From: Obrimoposthia wandeli
Lineage: Eukaryota
Length of the DNA: 58,595 nucleotides
Assembly: GCA_977020255.1 (NCBI GenBank)
Contig: CDROCS010005983.1
Coordinates: 1-58,595, forward strand
Reading direction: 5' to 3'
The position numbers and the translations under genes are program-made. The notes beneath the pieces are model-generated. The model had not been told where the DNA came from, ran no database searches, and was given only the letters and a program-made list of their open reading frames with translations. Below are positions 38,635 through 53,707 of the stretch, piece by piece; position 1 is the first letter of the stretch, and each line of letters starts with the position of its first letter.

Positions 38635-41600
38635 ATGAATATTGAAAAATAAAAATGTTTTTGTTTTGCAATATTAATTATCTATCTCTATTTTTATAAC
38701 CTTGCCATTTCCCTTTTTCCCATTTCTCTCCCGGTGTTGAAATTTGAATTGGTTTTCAAATGCTATGGTGAGTTGGATCATGTAAATTCAAATAATGTGC
38801 GTCCCAGCGATTCGTTTAAAATATTCCAGAATTCATCGTACAGTAATAAGGACTGAATGATGCATTTCCCTGATCTATATTTCCTGTAAATCCGACTAGA
38901 GTATATTGTCTAAAACCAGACCCATCAGTGGTAATCCAATGTTCAGTGTCATGGTAGTGTATCATATCATCACATGTAGGAATGTTCCAAATGTTATCAC
39001 GGCCTAGGACATGTCCACGATTTACACTGCATGAAGGAGAGGAAGTTGTTTGGCATGACCGCCCGTTAATCTGATAATTGTGACTAGACTCATACTTCAG
39101 TTTCGCTTCATCGTTTTGAAGGCATCTAGTTTGCAATAACTTGAATTTCGTTAGAATAATTTGCACTTACTACACCATGATTACCGCTTCTTTCATGGTT
39201 TGGTTATTCGACTATGTTTCGAGTTGTATAGACTAAATTGTAAATATTTCTCTTTGAATATAGATTGCACAGGAATATGGTGTATAGAGTATATTGTAAA
39301 AAGAAAGTGCCTCATTATTGAAAATGCGAACAACTGTAAAGAAAAATTACCAAAATCTCATTAACTTTTATCAGAACAATCATTTAATATCCAGCCATCA
39401 GAACGACTGTAAAACATTTCTTTAGTGCCTACAACTTATCAATATTTGGACACATTCAAATTCTCTAAATAAATCCATTTATGTACATTTTGATTTTTTT
39501 AAACCAGACTCTAATTCAAGAAGGATTCCTTGCCCACGTTCTATTCACCACGTTGTCTTCAATAAACTTTATTATACGCAGATGAATACGCGATTGACTG
39601 AAGTATTTCGGTTTTTGGTAATTTTTGCTATAAAAACTTGTTAAAGTAAATACACCATCTTCATCTAAACTTAATTGACACAAAATATCTTATAAATATT
39701 AAAATGAGAAGATAAAATTCTTCAAAGTCCGAAACGTCCTACTTTTAAATAAGCCTGTATACATCCTAGATTCGACAGGGGTACCCTCGTCGCGATACAA
39801 GTCTTGTCAGTCCTCAAAGACATCCGGATCCAGTTTGTACCCTCAAATCAGAACTCTGCATATTATCCTAGTCGGGAAAGATACCTGCTAGGAGAAGCCA
39901 AGGAAGACTGGGCTTATGTTTTCAGGGAGGAAACAAGACTATTCGCTGTGTACTAACAGACAAAAGTCTTCGAATGCCATTATCTCTTGTTGGCAATACG
40001 CCCCATTTATGTCTTAGTATTTTCTGTTCTCGTTGGTCACATCACTCTCTTCGCCTATCAAGCACTTATCCAGGCGTGATGGGATTGGCGAGATTTTTAT
40101 ATATAAGCAGCTGCGAAATATAAGTAATTACCAGTTTGCTATTGTCAATATTTATTGTAGGTTTTAGCAAAAGTTTAAATTTTTAGTAAAATATTTATAT
40201 TAAAACCTAAACATTGAGTCTATTGTTTACGCCCAAGAATTTGAGAAGCCAGTATTCTTTTCAGAAGATTATATTTGGGAACTTCAGAAACTAACCCTGT
40301 TATGAAACCAAACAAAGTTAATTGAATTTTCTCCGTAGGGTTTGACAAGGAACACGGTGATAATTATTACATTGACATAAACAATATCTAAGAAACTCAT
40401 TATCTATGACAGCTCATTGAATTTTTGTTCGAGTTACTTTTGATATTAGAAAACCTCTGATTTAACAGTATCTGGGGAAATTATTATCTATGGCGCACTT
40501 TGATATCCAGCAACAGAAAATGGACAACTGGTAATAATAGTTTGTCATTCAGAATTCTAATTTAAAATTACTATATAAACAGTATTTCTGCATATTACGT
40601 CAAACTTCATTTAATCTTTCAGATAATTAAGATAACAGTAACCCTGAATACTTTTAAACATCAAATTGGTTTAATTTAAATCGAACTTTAGTTTATTTTA
40701 ATTATTAATTAAAATGTTCATTTCAATAAACGAATTTTTTTTGTTGAATGAGCATTTGTTAAATTATACTGCTATTTATAGTCCCTTGTCTTATTATAAT
40801 CATCATCATTTTACCAGTTTTTATTTAAATACATATTTATTAGTTTTTAAATCCAGTGCTTTGATTTAACCCGATTATTATTATTTAATTTTTGGTAAAT
40901 AGCACAACAATCAGGAATTATATTTAATGTTGTGAAATGAATTTGGCCTACTACTTACCAGGCTAGTTAAGCGATTTTGGACGAATTTGTAAAGAGGATT
41001 TAGTTTGGATTTGTCAACCATAGAGTGAATAGGAAGATGTGAAACTAAATATTCCGACGTTACAGAAAAAGACTGAAATGTCAATAGAATGCATCACTTA
41101 CCCAATGTGTCGGGCTCCGATGTTTTCCCATTTCGCAACCACTACATGGGTCAGCACTGCGCGAGAGGTGTGGCATTCCGGTCGAGGCCAGACGCATCCC
41201 ATCGATCGTCCTGGCATATTCGCTGAATCTCCAGCGACCCCGATAATGACAGTGGGCAGAACCATTCAATTTATGGAGGATCAAAACATCGAGGCGGACT
41301 TCGCTATATCCCCACCTGTTTTGCCGTTCCTACCTTGTTTTTTTCTACCTGTTATCTTTTGACCCTACCTTCTCACCAGCTTCCTTGTAGAATACATATG
41401 TATAATAACTAAAGATAAAACTAATGATTCTGATTTTAATTCTTTTGTCTAAAATGTATTAGGAACGTGTATTAAACTTTATATACAAGATAAATAATTA
41501 ATTAAACCCGAACTCAAAATGATACAAAGTCTATAATAAAAGCCGGATGCAAACTATGTTATTTTTAAAAAATTCAAGTCTCTAAGTTCGATCCCTACGA

Positions 41601-44600
41601 TAAATATGTAGCCAGTAGAATTGCGCAACATCCGTCAAATTGTAAAATCATGCAATATTTGTATAAATCACATAGTTGCTGAATAATGTTACACAATATG
41701 GCAACATGCAACACCTAATTACGTGGTACAACGTAGAACTCTCTTTCAGAACAGATTGATGCTAACAAAATAATTAACTTTCCAATTTTCTGACGATTTT
41801 GAGACGTAGAAAATGATGCAGAATAGCTTACAGATGAAGATGACTAAAATCATGTTTTCTGTAACTACAAATATAATATTATGTAATTGAACATTTCATA
41901 AACCTAATAAGAAAATAATTCTACTTTATAATCTATAAGAATTTAATTTCAGTCTTTAAAAAACTGCGTTATATTTATATAAATAAAACTGTACCCATGT
42001 TAATTAATAAATTACAATATATTACAAGATGAGAACTAATCTATTTGATTTCTAAATTTAACATTTATAAAATACTTATAAAACTCTAAAATATTAAGAA
42101 AATAGAAATCATTGTTTTGTTAGATTTTTTTAATAATCTAATAAAATGTAACATATATAACATATAAAATATTTTCATTCAAAAACGCAGAATGTGCTGG
42201 CTACTATACATAAACGGATGTATATTTACATGGATTCTCGCAAGGAAAAATCCTTCTATAATCAAGAAATCATATTATATTTTCAATAATATATGTAGAA
42301 CTGTGACACCTAAATTCTCCAAGATTTACATAAATTATTTCGAGAGGAAAAAGTATCAACCGCTTAAAAAACTGATGTCAATCGAGAAAACACTTTAAAC
42401 TTTTAAGTATAAGGCTAAAAAATTTTATATACCAATAAGAAAACAAAGAAACATACAGTTACTAAATAATGTGTATTGTCTGCAAAATTTCCGTTTACAG
42501 AATGCCAACGCCACCAGTTTGTCATTTTAAAAACAGGTTCGTTCTTTAATTTGTTTATTTTTATTCTTTTTATGTTATTTTATCACCACTATCGCTATAA
42601 TATTTATTTTTTATTTTACGTAACTCTCAATAATTGTTGGCCCTTGGTCATTTTTTTAAAGTAATAAAATTATATTACCATTTTTTATATTTAATAAAGC
42701 CCAACAGTTACATTAAATTGTCAACACAAATTTACATTTCAAATGAAAATATATATATAAAATTTTATAAGATTTTGCTTTAAAAATATTATTAATAAAA
42801 AATATATATTGTAATCATTTTTACATTATCTATATTATTAGATTGAATGATTGAATTATTTGGACTTATATTTCTGATTTCGTAAGGGTTTCTGTAACAT
42901 CTTTTTAAAGGTTAAGAGTAAGTTATACGTAATTTACAACCAAATTAAAAATAAGTCGTACTTTAATGAATCAAAAATCATTTTAAAGCGTAAATTTATT
43001 TTGATTAAAAAATTATATATTAACAAAATTTAAATTATGGTTATCCTATACTACAAGAAGTACATATATATTTTGTAATACTAACATTTACACTCATTTA
43101 TTAATGTTTTTCGGTTCAGGAGAAAATTAGTTGTCACAACCTACAATTGAACAACAAATCTCACTACTTGTAAGTATACCACTGAACTATCGGGACTCGT
43201 AATTTCTCCATATAAATCAACTAAGAATTTTAGAATGAGGATTGTACAATTATAATTTTTAAGTAGATTAATTTTGTTCAATACAGATCTTAACAATTTC
43301 GACAATTAATCATGATGATAAACTGATTTTGATCAAATAATCTAAGTAAAAATTCCACCTTTGTAGAACTGATACTTTTATAGAAACCAAAATTACTTAA
43401 ATTTATATAAACCTTAGAATTTAAGTCACACTCTTCTCATGACTTACCATATAGAGCCCTATCCCCGGGGATATGAGTCATTGATGATTCGTGTTCTTCA
43501 TTCTCGGGGAATATATACCGGAAGATATCACATGACTAAAAAGCTATAAAAATAAGTTGTTAATAAAATATTAATATTAAAATGTAACAAATAATCTTTT
43601 CTAAATCGGCGTTCACAAATTTGTAAGGATTGAAATGAAAATTTAATAATCTAATTATTTTGAATATATGTATAAAGAAACCATATTAATTCAATAAAAA
43701 CTTTCATTTAGATATAGATTCACCTAATATGTTACCAGTCGCCAACTCTGAACATGTAAAATGAAAATATCACCAGCGTTGAAATTTTAGGTGCATATAA
43801 AAATCTGTATGAAAGAATTTCATTTCTAAAATGAAACTGGACTCTCAACTAGTTGTTGTACTTGTTTCCTGTCAATGCCTGTTGTGAAGAAAATATATTA
43901 GAAAATAGCTATTAATAAATATCTAACAAATTCACTAAGAATGTATAGTGGATCTTTCTCATAAGCAGATCTGGTAATATTGAATGACGTTTAACAAAAA
44001 TATCGCTTAAACCATGATATACAGTTAACTTCAAAAAATATCACTTGCAAAGGTCTATTTTTTTTGATTAAATTATTATTAAATATAGAATTCTCAAAAC
44101 TTTTGGACTCCCGTTCTTTTGTTCGTTTAATGTTAGCAGTTGAAGTGTTTTATTTGAGGGAAAATTTATTTAAATATAAATATTTAATGATCTTGATTTT
44201 TGAAACTTAAAGCTTTAAATTGAAAAAAAAATCAACTTAATTATTTAAATAGGTTTTCAGTTTTTGCCTAACTTAACCTAAATGTTTTTAGGGAATTTTA
44301 GAAAATTATCGTATTTGTAGAAAGTTAAACCAGCAAATTGCAGAATGGAAAGAGACATGTGTATGACGGGAAGACAAAACTTTGGTAATCGATAATTGGA
44401 CTTATAAATAGCCGAATAAACATGCGACATAATATGAGCAGAATTTGAGAAGAAAGTGAAATCCAAGGCGAATTTCTGGTGACCCCCCTTCGTCATCTAT
44501 ATTCCCTTCAACTACTACAACACAAATTGGTGTCAGAAGGAAACCCAGTGCCACAACAACAAGCATCAACAATCCTCGCTCCAACAGCCAACAATATACT

Positions 44601-45152
44601 GTCTCAACATCAACGCCTCCTACTGTCGCCAAACAACAATTCAACGCCTCTCAACAAATCTCAATTTCATTATAACACTTATATTGCTTATATTTGCATA
44701 ATTGTATTTTTGTTGTTGTTTTTATATGTCTAAATTATTCAATTTTAGCATAAAAAAGATTTAGACTAACAACAAAAGTTAGTTTACAACAACTGAAATA
44801 AATTCAAAACATATGACTAATCTATTTTGAATATTTTGAATATTTATTTTTGACCTATTTCACTTAAAGTAATTAATATTTAATTCGAGAAATTCAACCA
44901 AGCGCAGGTAAACGGCGAGAGTAACTACGACTTTCTGAGGGAGACAAAAACAGGAATCTATGAGATTCTTCGAGAGGACCATAATATAAGTAAAAATACA
45001 GAGGATATTTTACTTAGAATAATTAATATTATAAATATTAATTCTGACCAATGTAATTTGGATAAAAACAATTTAAATCAAAAAGTAATTAATAGAAAAC
45101 ACTTGAGTCCTGTTTTGAATTATAAAATTCGAAAGATAAAATCCTTTTTTAT

Positions 45153-45938
45153 ATGCCATTTCAACATTACCGATTCAGCACTCTTGGAGTGTCTTTAAGT
45201 AGTGCACTAGAAGAATTTGCTGAAATGTACAAATTACCGAGAACTTTTACTCAACAAGTAATCTTTATTGTATATTGTCATTCAATAGAAATTTTAGGTT
45301 TATAATGAGTTTGACGATATTATAAATGACAAACTTGAGAAAAATGTCACAGATAAGATGACATTTAACGGTGATATGAGAGCGTACAGGTTTTGTGACA
45401 GTGTTTGGACATTCATTATGGAAAATTTGATCGTAATACAAAATGGAAAAAAGAAACTTTATCCGAAGGTTAGTTAATAAAAAAAATTACCTAGTATTTT
45501 GTTTAGATTTTTTTAACTTATAGCATTGAGATAAAGCATAATTTTGGTAAATTGTAATGTATGCGAAGTCATTTGATTATTCGTAATGGTAAACATATAT
45601 ATTTAAATACACTTTTTAAAACATTCTCTTTCTTTTAAATTAACATATAAATAGCCAAGCTGTACATTATTGCCATCATTTATAATACATATATTTTTAA
45701 AGTACCTCAAACATGTGCATATTGAGCATTTTTGTTACAAATACCTATTCTCTTAACACCGGTTATTAAAAAACTCTTTTTTTTTCACTTAGAACTTTTC
45801 ATACAATCACATTTTCTCATCGATTTTTCTTGTATTCAGGTCAAAATCGTGGCTGTGGATCAACAAACAAATAGTAAGCGGAAATTGGAAGTCGATGATG
45901 AAGAAGTACAGCCACCATCTAAAAGATATCGATATTAA
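45153..45938 (+). CDS. GTF2A2-like: TFIIA-gamma homolog copy 6; exons 45153-45257, 45298-45468, 45840-45938
   Basis: Same protein, with one synonymous change (AAC>AAT, Asn) at 45872 in exon 3. Confidence 0.92.
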
Positions 45939-48900
45939 ATGAATATTGAAAAATAAAAATGTTTTTGTTTTGCAATATTAATTATCTATCTCTATTTTTA
46001 TAACCTTGCCATTTCCCTTTTCCCATTTCTCTCCCGGTGTTGAAATTTGAATTGGTTTTCAAATGCTATGGTGAGTTGGATCATGTAAATTCAAATAATG
46101 TGCGTCCCAGCGATTCGTTTAAAATATTCCAGAATTCATCGTACAGTAATAAGGACTGAATGATGCATTTCCCTGATCTATATTTCCTGTAAATCCGACT
46201 AGAGTATATTGTCTAAAACCAGACCCATCAGTGGTAATCCAATGTTCAGTGTCATGGTAGTGTATCATATCATCACATGTAGGAATGTTCCAAATGTTAT
46301 CACGGCCTAGGACATGTCCACGATTTACACTGCATGAAGGAGAGGAAGTTGTTTGGCATGACCGCCCGTTAATCTGATAATTGTGACTAGACTCATACTT
46401 CAGTTTCGCTTCATCGTTTTGAAGGCATCTAGTTTGCAATAACTTGAATTTCGTTAGAATAATTTGCACTTACTACACCATGATTACCACTTCTTTCATG
46501 GTTTGGTTATTCGACTATGTTTCGAGTTGTATAGACTAAATTGTAAATATTTCTCTTTGAATATAGATTGCACAGGAATATGGTGTATAGAGTATATTGT
46601 AAAAAAGAAAGTGCCTCATTATTGAAAATGCGAACAACTGTAAAGAAAAATTACCAAAATCTCATTAACTTTTATCAGAACAATCATTTAATATCCAGCC
46701 ATCAGAACGACTGTAAAACATTTCTTTAGTGCCTACAACTTATCAATATTTGGACACATTCAAATTCTCTAAATAAATCCATTTATGTACATTTTGATTT
46801 TTTTAAACCAGACTCTAATTCAAGAAGGATTCCTTGCCCACGTTCTATTCACCACGTTGTCTTCAATAAACTTTATTATACGCAGATGAATACGCGATTG
46901 ACTGAAGTATTTCGGTTTTTGGTAATTTTTGCTATAAAAACTTGTTAAAGTAAATACACCATCTTCATCTAAACTTAATTGACACAAAATATCTTATAAA
47001 TATTAAAATGAGAAGATAAAAATTCTTCAAAGTCCGAAACGTCCTACTTTTAAATAAGCCTGTATACATCCTAGATTCGACAGGGTACCCTCGTCGCGAT
47101 ACAAGTCTTGTCAGTCCTCAAAGACATCCGGATCCAGTTTGTACCCTCAAATCAGAACTCTGCATATTATCCTAGTCGGGAAAGATACCTGCTAGGAGAA
47201 GCCAAGGAAGACTGGGCTTATGTTTTCAGGGAGGAAACAAGACTATTCGCTGTGTACTAACAGACAAAAGTCTTCGAATGCCATTATCTCTTGTTGGCAA
47301 TACGCCCCATTTATGTCTTAGTATTTTCTGTTCTCGTTGGTCACATCACTCTCTTCGCCTATCAAGCACTTATCCAGGCGTGATGGGATTGGCGAGATTT
47401 TTATATATAAGCAGCTGCGAAATATAAGTAATTACCAGTTTGCTATTGTCAATATTTATTGTAGGTTTTAGCAAAAGTTTAAATTTTTAGTAAAATATTT
47501 ATATTAAAACCTAAACATTGAGTCTATTGTTTACGCCCAAGAATTTGAGAAGCCAGTATTCTTTTCAGAAGATTATATTTGGGAACTTCAGAAACTAACC
47601 CTGTTATGAAACCAAACAAAGTTAATTGAATTTTCTCCGTAGGGTTTGACAAGGAACACGGTGATAATTATTACATTGACATAAACAATATCTAAGAAAC
47701 TCATTATCTATGACAGCTCATTGAATTTTTGTTCGAGTTACTTTTGATATTAGAAAACCTCTGATTTAACAGTATCTGGGGAAATTATTATCTATGGCGC
47801 ACTTTGATCTCCAGCAACAGAAAATGGACAACTGGTAATAATAGTTTGTCATTCAGAATTCTAATTTAAAATTACTATATAAACAGTATTTCTGCATATT
47901 ACGTCAAACTTCATTTAATCTTTCAGATAATTAAGATAACAGTAACCCTGAATACTTTTAAACATCAAATTGGTTTAATTTAAATCGAACTTTAGTTTAT
48001 TTTAATTATTAATTAAAATGTTCATTTCAATAAACGAATTTTTTTTTGTTGAATGAGCATTTGTTAAATTATACTGTGACTTATAATCGCTTGTCTTATT
48101 ATAATAATCATCATTTTACCAGTTTTTATTTAAATACATCTTTATTAGTTTTTTAAATCCAGTGCTTTGATTTAACCCGATTATTATTATTTAATTTTTG
48201 GTAAATAGCACAACAATCAGGAATTATATTTAATGTTGTGAAATGAATTTGGCCTACTACTTACCAGGCTAGTTAAGCGATTTTGGACGAATTTGTAAAG
48301 AGGATTTAGTTTGGATTTGTCAACCATAGAGTGAATAGGAAGATGTGAAACTAAATATTCCGACGTTACAGAAAAAGACTGAAATGTCAATAGAATGCAT
48401 CACTTACCCAATGTGTCGGGCTCCGATGTTTTCCCATTTCGCAACCACTACATGGGTCAGCACTGCGCGAGAGGTGTGGCATTCCGGTCGAGGCCAGACG
48501 CATCCCATCGATCGTCCTGGCATATTCGCTGAATCTCCAGCGACCCCGATAATGACAGTGGGCAGAACCATTCAATTTATGGAGGATCAAAACATCGAGG
48601 CGGACTTCGCTATATCCCCACCTGTTTTGCCGTTCCTACCTTGTTTTTTTCTACCTGTTATCTTTTGACCCTACCTTCTCACCAGCTTCCTTGTAGAATA
48701 CATATGTATAATAACTAAAGATAAAACTAATGATTCTGATTTTAATTCTTTTGTCTAAAATGTATTAGGAACGTGTATTAAACTTTATATACAAGATAAA
48801 TAATTAATTAAACCCGGAACTCAAAATGATACAAAGTCTATAATAAAAGCCGGATGCAAACTATGTTATTTTTAAAAAATTCAAGTCTCTAAGTTCGATC

Positions 48901-51803
48901 CCTACGATAAATATGTAGCCAGTAGAATTGCGCAACATCCGTCAAATTGTAAAATCATGCAATATTTGTATAAATCACATAGTTGCTGAATAATGTTACA
49001 CAATATGGCAACATGCAACACCTAATTACGTGGTACAACGTAGAACTCTCTTTCAGAACAGATTGATGCTAACAAAATAATTAACTTTCCAATTTTCTGA
49101 CGATTTTGAGACGTAGAAAATGATGCAGAATAGCTTACAGATGAAGATGACTAAAATCATGTTTTCTGTAACTACAAATATAATATTATGTAATTGAACA
49201 TTTCATAAACCTAATAAGAAAATAATTCTACTTTATAATCTATAAGAATTTAATTTCAGTCTTTAAAAAACTGCGTTATATTTATATAAATAAAACTGTA
49301 CCCATGTTAATTAATAAATTACAATATATTACAAGATGAGAACTAATCTATTTGATTTCTAAATTTAACATTTATAAAATACTTATAAAACTCTAAAATA
49401 TTAAGAAAATAGAAATCATTGTTTTGTTAGATTTTTTTAATAATCTAATAAAATGTAACATATATAACATATAAAATATTTTCATTCAAAAACGCAGAAT
49501 GTGCTGGCTACTATACATAAACGGATGTATATTTACATGGATTCTCGCAAGGAAAAATCCTTCTATAATCAAGAAATCATATTATATTTTCAATAATATA
49601 TGTAGAACTGTGACACCTAAATTCTCCAAGATTTACATAAATTATTTCGAGAGGAAAAAAGTATCAACCGCTTAAAAACTGATGTCAATCGAGAAAACAC
49701 TTTAAACTTTTAAGTATAAGGCTCAAAAAATTTTATATACCAATAAGAAAACAAAGAAACATACAGTTACTAAATAATGTGTATTGTCTGCAAAATTTCC
49801 GTTTACAGAATGCCAACGCCACCAGTTTGTCATTTTAAAAACAGGTTCGTTCTTTAATTTGTTTATTTTTATTCTTTTTATGTTATTTTATCACCACTAT
49901 CGCTATAATATTTATTTTTTATTTTACGTAACTCTCAATAATTGTTGGCCCTTGGTCATTTTTTTAAAGTAATAAAATTATATTACCATTTTTTATATTT
50001 AATAAAGCCCAACAGTTACATTAAATTGTCAACACAAATTTACATTTCAAATGAAAATATATATATAAAATTTTATAAGATTTTGCTTTAAAAATATTAT
50101 TAATAAAAAATATATATTGTAATCATTTTTACATTATCTATATTATTAGATTGAATGATTGAATTATTTGGACTTATATTTCTGATTTCGTAAGGGTTTC
50201 TGTAACATCTTTTTAAAGGTTAAGAGTAAGTTATACGTAATTTACAACCAAATTAAAAATAAGTCGTACTTTAATGAATCAAAAATCATTTTAAAGCGTA
50301 AATTTATTTTGATTAAAAAATTATATATTAACAAAATTTAAATTATGGTTATCCTATACTACAAGAAGTACATATATATTTTGTAATACTAACATTTACA
50401 CTCATTTATTAATGTTTTTCGGTTCAGGAGAAAATTAGTTGTCACAACCTACAATTGAACAACAAATCTCACTACTTGTAAGTATACCACTGAACTATCG
50501 GGACTCGTAATTTCTCCATATAAATCAACTAAGAATTTTAGAATGAGGATTGTACAATTATAATTTTTAAGTAGATTAATTTTGTTCAATACAGATCTTA
50601 ACAATTTCGACAATTAATCATGATGATAAACTGATTTTTGATCAAATAATCTAAGTAAAAATTCCACCTTTGTAGAACTGATACTTTTATAGAAACCAAA
50701 ATTACTTAAATTTATATAAACCTTAGAATTTAAGTCACACTCTTCTCATGACTTACCATATAGAGCCCTATCCCCGGGGATATGAGTCATTGATGATTCG
50801 TGTTCTTCATTCTCGGGGAATATATACCGGAAGATATCACATGACTAAAAAGCTATAAAAATAAGTTGTTAATAAAATATTAATATTAAAATGTAACAAA
50901 TAATCTTTTCTAAATCGGCGTTCACAAATTTGTAAGGATTGAAATGAAAATTTAATAATCTAATTATTTTGAATATATGTATAAAGAAAACCATATTAAT
51001 TCAATAAAAACTTTCATTTAGATATAGATTCACCTAATATGTTACCAGTCGCCAACTCTGAACATGTAAAATGAAAATATCACCAGCGTTGAAATTTTAG
51101 GTGCATATAAAAATCTGTATGAAAGAATTTCTCATTTCTAAAATGAAACTGGACTCTCAACTAGTTGTTGTACTTGTTTCCTGTCAATGCCTGTTGTGAA
51201 GAAAATATATTAGAAAATAGCTATTAATAAATATCTAACAAATTCACTAAGAATGTATAGTGGATCTTTCTCATAAGCAGATCTGGTAATATTGAATGAC
51301 GTTTAACAAAAATATCGCTTAAACCATGATATACAGCTAACTTCAAAAAATATCACTTGCAAAGGTCTATTTTTTTGATTAAATTATTATTAAATATAGA
51401 ATTCTCAAAACTTTTGGACTCCCGTTCTTTTGTTCGTTTAATGTTAGCAGTTGAAGTGTTTTATTTGAGGGAAAATTTATTTAAATATAAATATTTAATG
51501 ATCTTGATTTTTGAAACTTAAAGCTTTAAATTGAAAAAAAAATCAACTTAATTATTTAAATAGGTTTTCAGTTTTTGCCTAACTTAACCTAAATGTTTTT
51601 AGGGAATTTTAGAAAATTATCGTATTTGTAGAAAGTTAAACCAGCAAATTGCAGAATGGAAAGAGACATGTGTATGACGGGAAGACAAAACCTTGGTAAT
51701 CGATAATTGGACTTATAAATAGCCGAATAAACATGCGACATAATATGAGCAGAATTTGAGAAGAAAGTGAAATCCAAGGCGAATTTCTGGTGACCCCCCT
51801 TCG

Positions 51804-53437
51804 TCATCTATATTCCCTTCAACTACTACAACACAAATTGGTGTCAGAAGGAAACCCAGTGCCACAACAACAAGCATCAACAATCCTCGCTCCAACAGCC
51901 AACAATATACTGTCTCAACATCAACGCCTCCTACTGTCGCCAAACAACAATTCAACGCCTCTCAACAAATCTCAATTTCATTATAACACTTATATTGCTT
52001 ATATTTGCATAATTGTATTTTTGTTGTTGTATTTTTATATGTCTAAATTATTCAATTTTAGCATAAAAAAGATTTAGACTAACAATAAAAGTTAGTTTAC
52101 AACAACTGAAATAAATTCAAAACATATGACTAATCTATTTTGAATATTTTGAATATTTATTTTTGACCTATTTCACTTAAAGTAATTAATATTTTGAATA
52201 TTTTGAATATTTATTTTTGACCTATTTCACTTAAAGTAATTAAAGTGAAACCATTTTTATTTGTTATAAATAAAGTGTCTCTGTTGTGACCCCTAAGCAA
52301 CCCCGGTGGTCTTATTATGGTTGTGAAATTATTTTATAAGTAAAAATTGTTAATTTATCGGTTATAAATAAATCGTTATTTGATTATTACTCTTTTAATC
52401 CCGGGTCTCCTACAATTTTCTCTTCTCATCTATATTCCCTTCAACTACTACAACACAAATTGGTGTCAGAAGGAAACCCAGTGCCACAACAACAAGCATC
52501 AACAATCCTCGCTCCAACAGCCAACAATATACTGTCTCAACATCAACGCCTCCTACTGTCGCCAAACAACAATTCAACGCCTCTCAACAAATCTCAATTT
52601 CATTATAACACTTATATTGCTTATATTTGCATAATTGTATTTTTGTTGTTGTATTTTTATATGTCTAAATTATTCAATTTTAGCATAAAAAAGATTTAGA
52701 CTAACAATAAAAGTTAGTTTACAACAACTGAAATAAATTCAAAACATATGACTAATCTATTTTGAATATTTTGAATATTTATTTTTGACCTATTTCACTT
52801 AAAGTAATTAATATTTTGAATATTTTGAATATTTATTTTTGACCTATTTCACTTAAAGTAATTAAAGTGAAACCATTTTTATTTGTTATAAATAAAGTGT
52901 CTCTGTTGTGACCCCTAAGCAACCCCGGTGGTCTTATTATGGTTGTGAAATTATTTTATAAGTAAAAATTGTTAATTTATCGGTTATAAATAAATCGTTA
53001 TTTGATTATTACTCTTTTAATCCCGGGTCTCCTACAATTTTCTCTTCTCATCTATATTCCCTTCAACTACTACAACACAAATTGGTGTCAGAAGGAAACC
53101 CAGTGCCACAACAACAAGCATCAACAATCCTCGCTCCAACAGCCAACAATATACTGTCTCAACATCAACGCCTCCTACTGTCGCCAAACAACAATTCAAC
53201 GCCTCTCAACAAATCTCAATTTCATTATAACACTTATATTGCTTATATTTGCATAATTGTATTTTTGTTGTTGTATTTTTATATGTCTAAATTATTCAAT
53301 TTTAGCATAAAAAGATTTAGACTAACAACAAAAGTTAGTTTACAACAACTGAAATAAATTCAAAACATATGACTAATCTATTTTGAATATTTTGAATATT
53401 TATTTTTGACCTATTTCACTTAAAGTAATTAATATTT
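51804..53437 (+). repeat. 622-bp module, 3 core copies (unit 7)
   Basis: ORF landmarks at 52380 and 53002 are 622 bp apart. Confidence 0.95.
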
Positions 53438-53707
53438 AATTCGAGAAATTCAACCAAGCGCAGGTAAACGGCGAGAGTAACTACGACTTTCTGAGGGAGA
53501 CAAAAACAGGAATCTATGAGATTCTTCGAGAGGACCATAATATAAGTAAAAATACAGAGGATATTTTACTTAGAATAATTAATATTATAAATATTAATTC
53601 TGACCAATGTAATTTGGATAAAAACAATTTAAATCAAAAAGTAATTAATAGAAAACACTTGAGTCCTGTTTTGAATTATAAAATTCGAAAGATAAAATCC
53701 TTTTTAT

